Part shown: positions 51,101 to 64,000 of the stretch, piece by piece
How the letters are laid out: the number at the start of each line of letters is the position of its first letter
Numbering within the stretch: the stretch's first letter is position 1
Source of the DNA: Atractiella rhizophila
Taxonomy: Eukaryota
Direction: 5' to 3'
DNA: 64,000 nt
Assembly: GCA_021432655.1 (NCBI GenBank)
Contig: MU271393.1
Span: 1 to 64,000 of the forward strand
Translations under genes and position numbers: made by a program
Notes under the pieces: model-generated
Told to the model about the DNA's origin: nothing
The model's input: the letters and a program-made list of their open reading frames with translations, nothing else
Database searches by the model: none

Positions 51101-53932
51101 CTTTCATTCTTCACGAAACAGTTATACCGCATATCCACATGCGGCAGGAAGCGAAGGAGACCTTCGGTCTGCCCTCTATGTGAAGAACAAATGGGAGTCG
51201 ATCCTTGGCCTGCCCACGACCGCTGACGATGAAAACATTTTCGATGCTGGAACGAAGGAGGCGAAGTTGGCACTCCAAGGTCCCAAATCCCACCACGGTC
51301 ATCACCATCATCACCCCCATCATCCCGATCATCCCCACCACCCGCCGCCCCCTCCTGAAGACGATGAAATGGAAGGAACGACAGCGTTCCCGTACAGGTC
51401 GAAGGAACACGGTTGGAAGTGGTTCGGAAAAGATGAAGGAGAGGAAGAAACCCTCGATCGTATTGAGGCGGCCTTGGAGAGGAAGCCGTGGATGAGAGTT
51501 GGCCTTGCTGGTGCGAGGATGGAAGAGGAGAACGGAAGGGTGAAGCATGGTCATGATTTGCCGAGGCATCCTCATCTTGGTGGTGGAGTCGGAATCAGGC
51601 AAGGTAAGATCGGATGGAGACGTTACGTTCACCGGTTCCTTAAGATGGTCGGTTTGAGGGAGAGGGATCAGACTCAGCACCAGAAGAGGGATGGGATGTG
51701 GCACGATCTCCATGGCGGACATGGCCACGATGATAAGACGAAGATTAATCCTTTTGGCCCACGCGTTTATATCGAAACTTACTACCCCTTCCTGAACTAC
51801 CCTGTCGAGAACGGACGCGTTCTTAAGCTCTACTCTACGTCGTCGAATGCTTCCATTGCTTCAACTCTCGAGTTCGAAGCGTCGTTGACGGAGGATGAGC
51901 TGGATGAAGACCCTACTTCAAAGGTCGGGAGGGATCGGTTCAATCCTTACCATGGAATGTCTCAAGGAGGACATGTCAAGGGAGAGTTGATCTACGCGAA
52001 CCAAGGAACGAAAGAAGACTACGCTCGCCTCGTAAAGGAGGGTGTAGACTTCAAGGGAAAGATAGTCATCGTCCGCTATGGAGGCATCTTTCGAGGATTG
52101 AAAGTTGCTTTCGCTGAAGAGCTTGGTGCCGCCGCCGTCGTGATCTATTCTGACCCTGCCGAAGACGGCGAGATTACGATCAAGAATGGCTACAAGCCCT
52201 ACCCCGAAGGTCCCGCTCGTCAGCCATCCTCTGTCCAACGAGGATCCGTCCAAGGTCTCAGCCATTACCCCGGTGATCCCTTGACGCCGTTCAAGCCTGC
52301 ATACAAGGATGCCGATCGTCTTTCGAGGGATGACACTTCGAACAACATCCCGCATATTCCCTCTATCCCCATCTCGTATCAGGATGCGCTGCCGTTCCTC
52401 AAGGCGTTGAATGGAAAGGGAAAGAAGATTGACGGATGGGCTGGAGGCCTCGAGGACGAGGGTGTGGAATACTATTCAGGACCGAGTGAGGGATTTGAGG
52501 TTGAGCTCAAGAATGAAGTGGATGAAAAGGTCACGGCGCAATGGAACACGATGGCGGTTATTCCTGGATTAGTTCACGACGAAGCCATCATTATCGGCAA
52601 TCACAGGGACGCTTGGGTTCGTTTTGATTCCCAGCTGTCTGCCCATGTCACTTACATACATGACAGGTCTTTGGAGCCGCTGACCCGAATTCTGGAAGCG
52701 CATCAACAGACGAGATTGTTGAAGCCCTCGGAGAGCTTCTCAAGAAGGGTTGGGTTCCGTTACGAACCATCATCCTCGCATCTTGGTCTGGAGAGGAGTT
52801 TGGACTGATTGGCAGCACTGAGTTTGGAGAAGACTACAGGGAGTGGATTAAGGAGAACGTTGCTGCGTACCTCAACGTCGATGTGAGCACGTATGTCTCT
52901 CCTTCTATGGTTTTGACGATGCGTGACAGGGAAGCAGTTCTGGGTCAGCTTATGGTGTTCAGGCTTCACCTTCTCTGGCGCATCTTTTCCGAAACGTTTC
53001 AGCCCTTGTTCCTGCTCCCGGTCAGCCTGCAGAGGCGTTGCACAAGAAGACTATGCTTGATAAGCTCTTGGAGGGGGCTCAAGATGGAATCCTGAATGCC
53101 GCTGGCGCTCAGATCTTTGATAATGATAGGGACAAGGAGTTGGCGATAGGACCTCTCGGATCTGGATCTGATTTCACTGTTTTCTTGCAGCACATTGGTA
53201 TTGCGAGCGCAAACTTAGGATATGGAGGAACCAGCAAAGATCCTGTCTATCATTACCACTCCATCTACGATTCTTTCGCCTGGATGGACAGGTACGGCGA
53301 TCCGACTTTTGAGAGGCATGCGGCTATTTCCAAGGTAATAATATCTCTCATCCACATACAATGATGGACACATTCTGAGCTCTTCGTAGGTTCTCGGGCT
53401 CGCTGCTCTGCGCCTTTCGACCAGTCTCATCCTTCCCATCAATATCACTGCTTACGCTGAGGAGCTCGTCGTTTACACTCACAAAGTCGAATCTCTCGCT
53501 GTAAAAGAGCCTGCCACAGCTTCGCTCCCCTTCTCCCAACTTGAGCGTGCCGTTTACGGTATCCAAAAATCGGCTCTTTCTATCCAAGACCAGATTGCAG
53601 CAGTCGAAAGGTATTTCGAATGCGTCCACTCAACAGAAGCTTCATGGAAGAAATGCCCCCGTTGGCTTGGTTTCAAATACCTCAAGAAGGCGAAGAAGAT
53701 CAACAAGAAGTTGAAGGAATTCGAGAGTGGATTTATCGATGTGAAGGGCCTTGCTCAACGAACTTGGTACAGGAACTTGGTCGTGGCTCCTGGCCGAAAC
53801 CTTGGTTATGGCGCGACCACACTGCCTGGTCTGACAGAATCAATCACCTTGGACCACGGGGATGGAGCTCGGGATGAGCTTGACAGACTTGTTATCAAGC
53901 TGAACAGCTTGGAGAAGAAGTTGCGGGCTTAA
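48177..53932 (+). CDS. Peptidase M28B, glutamate carboxypeptidase II / Vps70-Tre-like (TM + PA + M28 + TfR dimerisation domain)
   Basis: PPTY motif and a TM segment in exon 1. Motifs PHAAGS, IVRYGGIFRGLKV, SVQRGSVQ, GNHRDAW, GAADPNSG, WSGEEFGLIGSTE, YLNVD, GSGSDFTVF, YHYHSIYDSF and WYRNLVVAPG. Confidence 0.93.
48673..51445. repeat. Head-to-tail duplication of about 1.39 kb (48673-50057 / 50058-51445) inside the M28B gene
   Basis: Both copies start CAGTCGTTACCCTCTGAG and end GATGAAGGAGAGGA. The ends are almost identical, while the intronic middle is visibly diverged. Confidence 0.95.
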
Positions 53933-54297
53933 CACGGTGTCAAACACAAACTCGAAATATTGTAGACGTTCTTTCCTTGCTTCACCTTGTACAAGATTGT
54001 TTTTCACACAGCAACGGCAATTGCCGCTCAGCACTCATTGTTGTTCCATTTCTTGTCACGTCACTCAAAATAAAAAGGCCATCCTCAATATCCCTGAAGT
54101 GCTGAAAGGGTCTGCCTGAAGACACTGTCCCTCACCTAAGCCGTCTTACACGGAGACAGCCTAAGCATCACATGGATCTGGATATGACTATTGTTTGAAC
54201 TCATTGATGGTTGTAAATGCTATCCAAGAATTGCATGCAATACAATCGATACCCGTCACACATTGGAAAAGCTACAAAAGCCCGAAGAACAATAAAG

Positions 54298-57200
54298 TTA
54301 TAACAGCAAAACTCTGAAAATGTCAAGAAGTACTCGAGTAACAAATCCCAACAGGAACTCCTCGTCCTGAAGCATATCAAACACTCTTTCTAGCGCCTGC
54401 ACAGTTGCGTCTCTCCCAAGAGCGAACATAATATTTGGGGAAACTGAAGCCATGAGGAGTCTCTTCGCTTCTTCCCTAGTCCTTTGCTTCATCTCTGCTG
54501 TCCGCACCTCCACCTCACTAGCCCCCTTCGCCGACGAGTACCACACGCCATCTGGCCAGAACGAGTCTCGCAAACCGTCCAACATTTCAGCTAGCTGGCC
54601 TAAATCGCTGAAATGCGAGATATACCCGACGACATGATCCTCAATTGTCTTCATATAACGCGCACGGACGACTTTATCAGCGGTATGGAGAATTCCCCGT
54701 CGGAATGAAAAGGAAGTGGATGAAAGGTCATAAGCTTCTTCAATGATCGACATTCCAGCGGTAATAACCATATTAAGATCTTGAGGAGACAGCTTGTGCT
54801 GATCGGGGGACGGACTCAATGTTAATTTGTCAACCTTGGTCGATTCCTTTTTAGATGGTACCGTTAGCGATTCTGCCCTCTGTAGAGGCGTCGATTCTAC
54901 CGGAGGTGATTGTGACCGCAGCGACTCTGGAGCGGATGTCATGCTCGTGACATCGGTCTTGGAGCCCTCTACACTCGACCTATCCTCCCGTTCTTCAGCC
55001 AGCCCGTTGGCGAAGGAAGCAGGTGAATCTATTCTTTCTGCTACTTCTGGCTCCTGAATGATGCTTGCTTCCGGCGATGAGCGAAAAATCCTTGTAATAT
55101 TCCAATCCGTCTTCAACAAGTCTGGTTTCTCTTCTGTTTGCAAGACGGCATATCCAGGCGTGGATTCGGAAGGTTGCTGAGAGTGACGGCGAGGGAACAG
55201 TGGGTTGGAGATTGAGAAGAGCGAAGGCGTTGAAGATCCTGAACCTGCATCTGACAGGTTTTCATGAGACATAGGACGGAGGGTTTGGGTGTTCGGAGGG
55301 GGAGAAGTGATAGAAGGGGAGCTTGTGTGTCCCTTCATAGTTTGCATTGTTGACGAAGCGGACCCTTCCTCTGGAACTGCTGGACTTGGACGTCGGGCAA
55401 TTGGAACTTTGGCGGTAAGGGTGGAGAAGGTATTCTTCGCGAGATTCTGTCCCAGGGTAAATTGCCTATTCACGCCCTTGGTAAGATCTGAAAATAGGTT
55501 GATTCCTCCCTTATCCGCTGTCCTTTCCTTTTCAAAGAACTTTAGCACTGGCGCGCTATAAGCGTATCGCGGTTCAGAGAGGAGGTTGGTGAGATATGAT
55601 TCGAGCAGTCTCGTGAGATCGGCTGAACTCCGCATTGTCGTGCCAGGGAGGAAAGCGCGAGGAAAATCTGGAGTCGTCCCTGCAAGCGGGACGGCTTTTT
55701 GCAACTGCGAATCGAGGCGTTCAAATTCTGCAAAAGCTCGCTGAACTATATAACCTGGCACATCTCCAATCTCGACAGCGATCATAAAGGACAAGTCTTT
55801 CTTCAGCTTTACGACGTCTCCATGATAAGCAGATGGAGGAGAGATATCAGTCACGGAGACAGCGATGTTTGGGGAGGTAATGACAGGTCGTTCGAATTCC
55901 GTCCGTTGCGGCGCTGGGGCTGAAGGCGTAGATTCCACCATGTCCCATGGGTCATGGTATTGAGCTAACGAAGGAGTCTGCTCGCGTTCCAGTACATTGT
56001 CCTCGAGGCTCGTATCCCCAATATCCCCGCCTTCCATGGGGATCTCCATCGACTGTGGCTCTATCACTTTCTCCTCCTCCAAGGATGGCATCCGTCCATT
56101 CGCCTTCGAGTGGCCATTTAAAGATTGCCGCGGTGACATGACCTCCTGGCTTGTCCTCGGCGTGACTGGGGATTTTGGTGGGAGAAAGTGAGCAAACTGG
56201 CTCGGTACTGCATTCTTGTTGAGGGGGCAGCGCCGGTCATCATCTAATAGATGACGGTATCGTTGTTCGCAGAAACGAAACATCCAATTTTGAAGGGGGA
56301 CGAAAACATCCTCGGACGGGTTGAGTACGATCCTGGCCATGGTCTGCATCATAGTATCCTCGTCTGCCACGATTCCATCCTTCTCCAACAGCTCCACCAC
56401 TTGCTTAAGTGTCCCAATCGCATCCTCCCTCAACATCCCACTCCCAAATGCAGCGGCGGCTTGTACCGAACGGAAGGTACCAAGATGAATGGGGAGATTG
56501 AAGATCTTGCTTTTGGTGCCTCCCTCCTCCTGAACAAGTTCCTTTTCACCATTTCAGTGTAAGAACACTCTCTTCCTCAGCCAAGAAAAGCAACGACAAA
56601 CCTGCAATGCCTCTGCTAGAAAATCATCCCGATTGTTGTAGACACACCAGAGCTTAAGTTCCGTATAGCTCTGAGGGGTGTAAAGAGCTGGCACGGACTG
56701 TGTAGGCAGCATGATGTGATCAGGCAAGCTTTCTACAATTCGATCCCGCGAAGCTTTGTCGCCGTTAATGAATTGGTGGAGGACATCATGTAAGGAGGTG
56801 GGGGCAGGAAGCGGTTTGGAAGTTGTTGATGGGGCGTCAGTCTTTGAAGGCGGGGCAGGAGGTGAGAGGACTACATCCGCCGGGGGATTTGGTGAGGCTT
56901 GTGGTGTTGATTGGGGCGGCGTGAAATGAGATTTAAGTTGAGGTGAGGGCTGGGGTGATGAAGAATGGAGTGATGAAGTAACTGGAGGACCTGCAGCTGA
57001 AGAAGACGATGGTGCCTCTTCGAACGGGTCGACATAATTGTTAGGAAGCCTTCGTTTTTGTAATCTCTCTCCGTCCTCCTCCCCATTCTTCTCTCTCATA
57101 GCTCCTACCACTCCCTCCACAGCCCCTTCCAACGCCTTCTCCACCGCTCCAAGGTTCTCCAAAGCACCTTCGGCCTCCTCCTCCTCCTTCTTCTCCCCAA

Positions 57201-58338
57201 GACTCTTCACAATAGTCAGATTAAGATAGTCTGGACTGAAGGATTCCGCCGTCTTTGAGACCTGCAGGGTCAAGATTTCGGCTACAAGAGGGAGGAGCAG
57301 AGGGTTCGACGCATGTGGATCAGGGAGGGTTTGGGACAGCATCTATGGAGAATTGCACAACGGAGAGGGACATCAGGACAAAATAGGCAGAGGAAGTAGA
57401 GGAAAGGGATACAGACCTCGGTGCAGATACGGCGTATGCTTTTTATGCGTTCTCGTTCAGTCTTATCCTTCCTCTCCTCCCCCTTTCCTCCTTCCAACTC
57501 TTCCTCCTCCTCCTTCTTGATCTGCAGTTGCCTCACTAGTGTAGAGCTCGTTGAATATATCAGGTAAACGACCATATCTTTGGCTTCTTTCTTGGAGAGT
57601 TGGACGGCAAAGGAGTTTACGAATGCGTTCATGACTGACCGCACCTCTATCCCCATCCGCGACAATGAGTGAGCGTTTGTGGAAGAGATATGGGCAAAGA
57701 GGAGAAGACAAACGGTGCAGAAATTCGTCTGATCCCATGCTTATGGACCCTCGATACCAAAACTCTACAAAATCTCTGACAACGAAGGATAGTAGAGAGT
57801 CAAGTGGTCTCTGTACCCCGTCCCCAACACAATTCAGCTCGAGCAGAAAGAGAATCAGACGGCGCACCAGCATGGGCTCCGGCACACTCAAATCGACCAG
57901 CTTCCCTTCATCCCCTCTTCTTGCAGCCTCCCCCTCCTCGGACACGTTGGACTGTTGCTGTTGCAGCAAGGAGCTAAATGCAATCTTATCGTCCATCTTC
58001 TCTAATCGCGCAGAAGACTTCTCAACCTATTTTAAGGCAATGAGCGAGCAGATATGAGCGAAGGTAAGGCAACCGACCTCTCCAAAGGCTCCCTCTGCGA
58101 AAGCGAGGACAGCAGCGCGCATGTCAGGTAGTGCCATCACACCAGTGAGCAGGGCCCTAATCACAGTAAAGGGAATCAACACCTTTCCCGAGCCTATATT
58201 AAAGCAGAGAGCAGCAACTAACCCAGCGAGCAGCAACGCCAAAATAAATGTAAATGGCCCGACAGCTAACACCACCAATAATAATCCAAAGCTCCCGCCC
58301 CAAAAAGCAGGGGACTCTTTGAGAGACTCCCAGTCCAT
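54298..58338 (-). CDS. PXA-PX-Nexin_C sorting nexin (Mdm1/SNX13-14-25-like)
   Basis: N-terminal TM helices. PXA-like LLSFVVRDFVEFWYRGSIS and LLVAEIL-type segments, PX-like YIVQRAFAEFERLDSQL...LESYLTNLL...VLKFFEKE, and Nexin_C-like LRDSFWPDG...VFDMLQ. Confidence 0.82.
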
Positions 58339-59329
58339 TCCTCTCGTAATCACACTATGGCCTCGCTATGACTGTTGGGGAAGGTATTATTATGCTGAAA
58401 TGAAAGTCGTCGTTTGGGATGCGGGGGTGGAGCTCGGGAAAAGGCGAACAAACCGGGAACTAAGCCAACCACAACTAGCAAAGAGCAAATGAGCAATGAG
58501 GAAAGGGAAGCAGCAAAGTAGACGGGTAAGATGCAGGGATATGTGGGTCTATTGGCGTACTGAGAATTAGAACTGGGCTGAACAAGATCTCAGCCGAGGT
58601 CAAGGGGAATTCGTGATAAGTATTCCCTCTTTCTGCTCTGCTGGGGGTTGGGAGGCTCCTTGCGTGTCACCATCTGGACGAGCAAAACATTAGTTTGTGC
58701 ATTACATATACTAGAAATTATTCGCTCTCCGTCTCCGGGCTGGCGCATGAGTGGACATTAAATCTCTCTTTGTCCCTACTTCTCCCTCTCAACGAGGGGT
58801 AAGCAGCTACTATGTCTGCTGGAATATGTCTCTATGCTTTCATCCAGTGCTCTGTTGGTAGATCTGAGCCACGGTGCGTTGTTGAGCACTATGTTGCACT
58901 TTTAAGAACATGCAACGGCAGAGAAGCAGTGTCCTTTCTTGACCATCTACTTACACTTCAGATATCATCGCAGCCCGCACAGAATCATTGCAAGGTTACA
59001 CAATATTATAGGCTGTGCGAACAAACAAGTAGATTCAGTATACTGCGTGTGGAAGCACCTTCTCAAATCATCCATATTCATGGTGACTTTGTCAAAGTCG
59101 TCTCTCGAGGGGGCAGCAACCTAGCAAGGCGTGTGCAGTGCGCGAAACCTGATTAGGCATGCCCATCCTAGACGTTGAGCACCCCACAATTTAGACAGCG
59201 GCCAGCACGGGGGTAGGCTGTGAGGACAACATCAATGCGGTACGGTAAGATGTGTAGGATCGTTAATGATTAATATAAAGTTCCTGGTTGAGTAGATAAG
59301 GTGATGCCACCCTCTTCAGGATCACGAAG

Positions 59330-59640
59330 TCGTGAACAAAAACCCCCGGCCGGAAACCAAAAAAACATCGTAACGCCAAAACCCAATGCCAAGCCAAAAA
59401 AATTTCCGCAAGCAAGGAACGGCCGGTTCCGGAACCTCAACTGGCCGGAAAAGAACTCCCAAAGGGGAACGGTTTCCCTTTAACAAGCCGGGGCCAAAAC
59501 AAACAACCTTGAAGGAAGAAAAAACAAAAAGCCAACCCGGAAATCAAAACCCCTTGGGAAGAAATTTCAAAATTAACCCCGTTAAAACCGTTTCAAAATC
59601 CGGGCCCCAAAATTAACAACCCCACCCCCTAACCAACCAA
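59330..59640. other. Low-quality, homopolymer-smeared sequence (probable base-calling artefact)
   Basis: 59540-59650 aligns position by position to clean sequence at 62049-62160, with many bases replaced by a neighbouring base. Confidence 0.85.
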
Positions 59641-60330
59641 CCCCTCCAAAACTCGCGTTCAATAATCGACTTGACTGTTGGCTACGACTCTAAAGAGCGG
59701 GCGGACACCACACACAATGGGACCCTCCGAATATTTCTCCAGCCATAGGAACCGCGTTCTCGCCACTCCAACGCATCCGAATGCAAGGGGAATATATGGA
59801 ATCTCTTGTTATGTTATATCGTCGATTACACGCTTCTCAGCTTGACTTCAAGGTGAACTTTCAGATTCTGGATCTGGGCGGCTTCTGGCATCCGTTGAAC
59901 CCTGACGATGACACACGCTAGGCGAGATCACCTCAGCCTCTCCTTCCTCGTATAGGCTCCGTTCTCGTCGGTTTTGCGAGACATTATTGCAGAGCAGGTT
60001 CTTACGGCATTGCAAACAGATGCCGAAATCTCAGTTGGTTCATTCACGACAGACTGTTTCCTGCACGCCGCCGTGTTCCCTCCTTCGGTACGCACACTTG
60101 AATGGGAAGTACGTGGGATATCCTCGTTTGAATGGGAAGCCAGTACAAAATGCTCCTTCGGACTCATAGTCTTTTGGGATAGTGAATTGCTCTGAAAAGC
60201 AACCTCGAAGCCTGTCATGGTATCCGAAATCGAGTCCGAACACCACGACCACAGGTAGTTCCTCAACATTGCGGATGCTTTGAAAAAGAAACGCATCAAA
60301 TTTAAAATAAAACTGTCAACACATTCAAGA
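59640..60330 (+). pseudogene. Frameshifted 3' part of an F-box/LRR-like paralogue ('gene B'); repeated at about 62049-62840
   Basis: Fragments SRSIIDLTVGYD / QWDPPNISPAIGTAFSPLQRIRMQG...LYRRLHASQLDFKVNFQILDLG match the 61.7-62.0 kb protein, but only with frame changes near 59710 and 59915. Confidence 0.6.
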
Positions 60331-60863
60331 AAGCGTTTATTTTGCCTTGCCTATTCGCACATACTTCACTCGACTTAACAACGGAAAACATCCTCATATC
60401 ATCTAGTCTGAACTTTATGAACCCAAAATCTTTCTTGTCGCTCTAAGTCACTATACAAGCGATCGGAAGTCATGCCGAATTACCAAAGGAGAAGCTGTAG
60501 CCATTCCACTTAGATCATGAAGGGGTAAACTTTGAGCAACAACACTCCGCAGCAGCACTTAAAGAGAGGAAGTGTGCCATTGGAGGGGGCACGTTCCTAA
60601 GCATGATGGTTTGAGGAAGAGAGTGGCTCTCCCAAGACCGACTATAGTGGGGTCCTTCTGATGTGGACGTGTGTGCTATAGTCACGCAGTTAGGAGGGCA
60701 GGCGGAGGGTTCAGCAATGAAGTGGGTAAGTGAAGGTATGATGATGTGTCCCAGACGCGGAGCGGTATGAGATATGAGAGATCATCCAAAGTTTGCTGCG
60801 CGTCAAAAATGCTCAGCATACTGTTTCCAACTCGAACTCCATTCTAGCTTCTCATCAGTTCTT

Positions 60864-62048
60864 ATGGCCACAAAAACCGCTCGTGCTCAAGCTGCACTAG
60901 TCACAGCTGTGACGGATTGGTCGCAGGAGGTTATGATGGAGGTGGGCTATGACGGGAGTGTCGAGGATAATGAGCTCCTTGACTTTATGCAAAAAGCCTG
61001 GATTGAACTGAAGATATTGTTGAGGGATCACCTTTCGATATATTTGGACTCCAAGAAGTGCGTTTTATTTACTTCACTAAGGCACAGGTGCGTTTCGCAC
61101 ATGCACTGACCAATTATCTCACAGAGTGGCAACATTTGTTGTCAAAAATCATCCTTGTTTTCAATCCAACATTATTCCAAGAATACCGGGTGCACAAAGA
61201 CTCCAACCTGATGACCTTTCTCAATTGAACACAACACCGAACCAACTCAATATTTTACCATACGAAATCCTGCTGGAGGTGTTTACTGCATGTCGTTTTG
61301 CTGAGGAAGAGCGGTCTATGAAGACAGTGCGAATTCTCTGCTTGTGTCGAAATTTATATCCAATAGTGAGTCCTATTATCTCAGTCAATGGTCATTATGG
61401 CAACATTGTCAGGTTCGCAAAGTCCTAAACCTATATCCGCCACCAATAACCCAGAGCACAACACTACCACGATATCTTATAGCGATGCGAAATAATTATT
61501 TTCAGCCGGAGATGGTGCGATTTTTAGAACTGCCGAGCGACGTGTCAACTTGGGCGATATTCCTTTTGCGATATTGCAGCCACCTCAGCGAACTTCGTTG
61601 GAGCATTGAGGACAGGACAACAGTAGACTTCAAAGCCTTTTGGGAGGAACTTGCTAAGTTACCTCTCTTGAAGCGATTTCACGTCTGGAGCTCGCATACC
61701 GATCCTCGTCAATTAATCCTTCATTCCCTCCAAACCTTGCGTTCAATCGTTGATCTAACAGTTGGGTTCAAGACTACAGATCGAAGGAGGTTCGGTGGAA
61801 ACTGGCAGAACGGCCCTGCAGAGTTTTCTCCCGCAGTAAGAGCTGCTTTCTCACGGCTTCAGCGTCTCCAGGTACAAGGAAACAATATAAGGCCTCTCAC
61901 TGTGTTCTATCGTCGATTGCAGGGCTCTCAATCTGACTGCAAACTGAACTTGCAGATTTTAGATCTGGGTTTCGACGGTCGTATGGAACCTGGAGACGGA
62001 GACACGGTCTCCGACATCATCCTGGCTGCCTCTTCTTCCTTGAGGAAA
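60864..62048 (+). CDS. F-box/LRR-like protein ('gene A'), cut at the duplication junction
   Basis: Starts MATKTARAQ, intron about 61058-61124, F-box-like LNILPYEILLEVF...LCLCRNLYPIV, then LxxLxL repeats. Confidence 0.65.
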
Positions 62049-63370
62049 GAATTCAAACCGCTTTGGGATGAATTTTCTACTTTATCGCGTTTAAAGCGTT
62101 TTCATATTCGGGGCTCTAGATTTACTATCCTAGCCGCTTACTCGTCTACCCTCTCCAAAACTCGCGTTCAATATCGACTTGACTGTTGGCTACGACTCTA
62201 AAGAGCGGGCGGACACCACACACAATGGGACCCTCCGAATATTTCTCCAGCCATAGGAACCGCGTTCTCGCCACTGCAACGCATCCGAATGCAAGGGGAA
62301 TATGTGGAATCTCTTGTTATGTTATATCGTCGATTACACGGTTCTCACTTGACTTCAAGGTGAACTTTCAGATTCTGGATCTGGGCGGCTTCTGGCATCC
62401 GTTGAACCCTGACGATGACACACGCTAGGCGAGATCATCTCAGCCTCTCCTTCCTCGTATAGGCTCCGTTCTCGTCGGTTTTGCGAGACATTATTGCAGA
62501 GCAGGTTCTTACGGCATTGCAAACAGATGCCGAAATCTCAGTTGGTTCATTCACGACAGACTGTTTCCTGCACGCCGCCGTGTTCCCTCCTTCGGTACGC
62601 ACACTTGAATGGGAAGTACGTGGGATATCCTCGTTTGAATGGGAAGCCAGTACAAAATGCTCCTTCGGACTCATAGTCTTTTGGGATAGTGAATTGCTCT
62701 GAAAAGCAACCTCGAAGCCTGTCATGGTATCCGAAATCGAGTCCGAACACCACGACCACAGGTAGTTCCTCAACATTGCGGATGCTTTGAAAAAGAAACG
62801 CATCAAATTTAAAATAAAACTGTCAACACATTCAAGGAAGCGTTTATTTTGCCTTGCCTATTTGCACATACTTCACTCGACTTAACAACGGAAAACATCC
62901 TCATATCATCTAGTCTGAACTTTATGAACCCAAAATCTTTCTTGTCGCTCTAAGTCACTATACAAGCGATCGGAAGTCATGCCGAATTACCAAAGGAGAA
63001 GCTGTGGCTATTCTACTTAGATCATGAAGGGGAAAACTTCGAGCAACAACACTCCGCAGCAGCACTTAAAGAGAGGAAGTGTGCCATTGGAGGGGGCACG
63101 TTCCTAAGCATGATGGTTTGAGGAAGAGAGTGGCTCTCCCAAGACCGACTATAGTGGGGTCCTTCTGATGTGGACGTGTGTGCTATAGTCACGCAGTTAG
63201 GAGGGCAGGCGGAGGGTTCAGCAATGAAGTGGGTAAGTGAAGGTATGATGATGTGTCCCAGACGCGGAGCGGTATGAGATATGAGAGATCATCCAAAGTT
63301 TGCTGCGCGTCAAAAATGCTCAGCATACTGTTTCCAACTCGAACTCCATTCTAGCTTCTCATCAGTTCTT

Positions 63371-64000
63371 ATGGCCACAAAAACCGCTCGTGCTCAAGCT
63401 GCACTAGTCACAGCTGTGACGGATTGGTCGCAGGAGGTTATGATGGAGGTGGGCTATGACGGGAGTGTCGAGGATAATGAGCTCCTTGACTTTATGCAAA
63501 AAGCCTGGATTGAACTGAAGATATTGTTGAGGGATCACCTTTCGATATATTTGGACTCCAAGAAGTGCGTTTTATTTACTTCACTAAGGCACAGGTGCGT
63601 TTCGCACATGCACTGACCAATTATCTCACAGAGTGGCAACATTTGTTGTCAAAAATCATCCTTGTTTTCAATCCAACATTATTCCAAGAATACCGGGTGC
63701 ACAAAGACTCCAACCTGATGACCTTTCTCAATTGAACACAACACCGAACCAACTCAATATTTTACCATACGAAATCCTGCTGGAGGTGTTTACTGCATGT
63801 CGTTTTGCTGAGGAAGAGCGGTCTATGAAGACAGTGCGAATTCTCTGCTTGTGTCGAAATTTATATCCAATAGTGAGTCCTATTATCTCAGTCAATGGTC
63901 ATTATGGCAACATTGTCAGGTTCGCAAAGTCCTAAACCTATATCCGCCACCAATAACCCAGAGCACAACACTACCACGATATCTTATAGCGATGCGAAAT
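63371..64000 (+). CDS. Second copy of F-box/LRR-like gene A, continuing past the window end
   Basis: Appears identical to 60864-61493. Confidence 0.65.

Larger units (their letters stand above)
59540..64000. repeat. Head-to-tail duplication with a period of about 2.51 kb (59540-62048 / 62049-window end)
   Basis: Identical ORFs recur at an offset of 2507 nt (59974/62481, 60774/63281, 61126/63633). Confidence 0.97.

Noticed and set aside
59301..59616. Lys/Pro/Asn-rich ORFs and A/C-rich low-complexity tract suggesting a novel repeat or telomere-like element
   Set aside because: The 3' part is a base-smeared version of the clean sequence at 62049-62160, so it is most likely a sequencing artefact.

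Overview
Eukaryotic, intron-rich fungal DNA with short GT-AG introns of mostly 50-70 nt. The gene families suggest a basidiomycete (inference). There are two N-gaps. Recognisable genes, in order: a secreted intradiol ring-cleavage dioxygenase, a small conserved fungal protein, urease accessory UreF, an RNAi-type RNA-dependent RNA polymerase, Laa1/HEATR5, an amino-acid permease, a secreted DUF4185-like protein, an F-box-like protein, an O-fucosyltransferase/CigA-like protein, a small tandem family of DUF6534-like multi-pass membrane proteins, an M17 leucyl aminopeptidase, an M28B glutamate carboxypeptidase II-like peptidase, a PXA-PX-Nexin_C sorting nexin and an F-box/LRR-like cluster. The most novel item is a gene missing from the ORF track at 23332-23556: a 54-aa secreted six-cysteine peptide with its own TATA box, a 5'UTR intron and a coding intron. 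The right half holds four head-to-tail duplications (about 0.65, 3.6, 1.4 and 2.5 kb) that cut through genes. They look more like uncollapsed haplotypes or assembly artefacts than real biology. All family assignments are from motif recognition, not database searches, and several exon boundaries are approximate.
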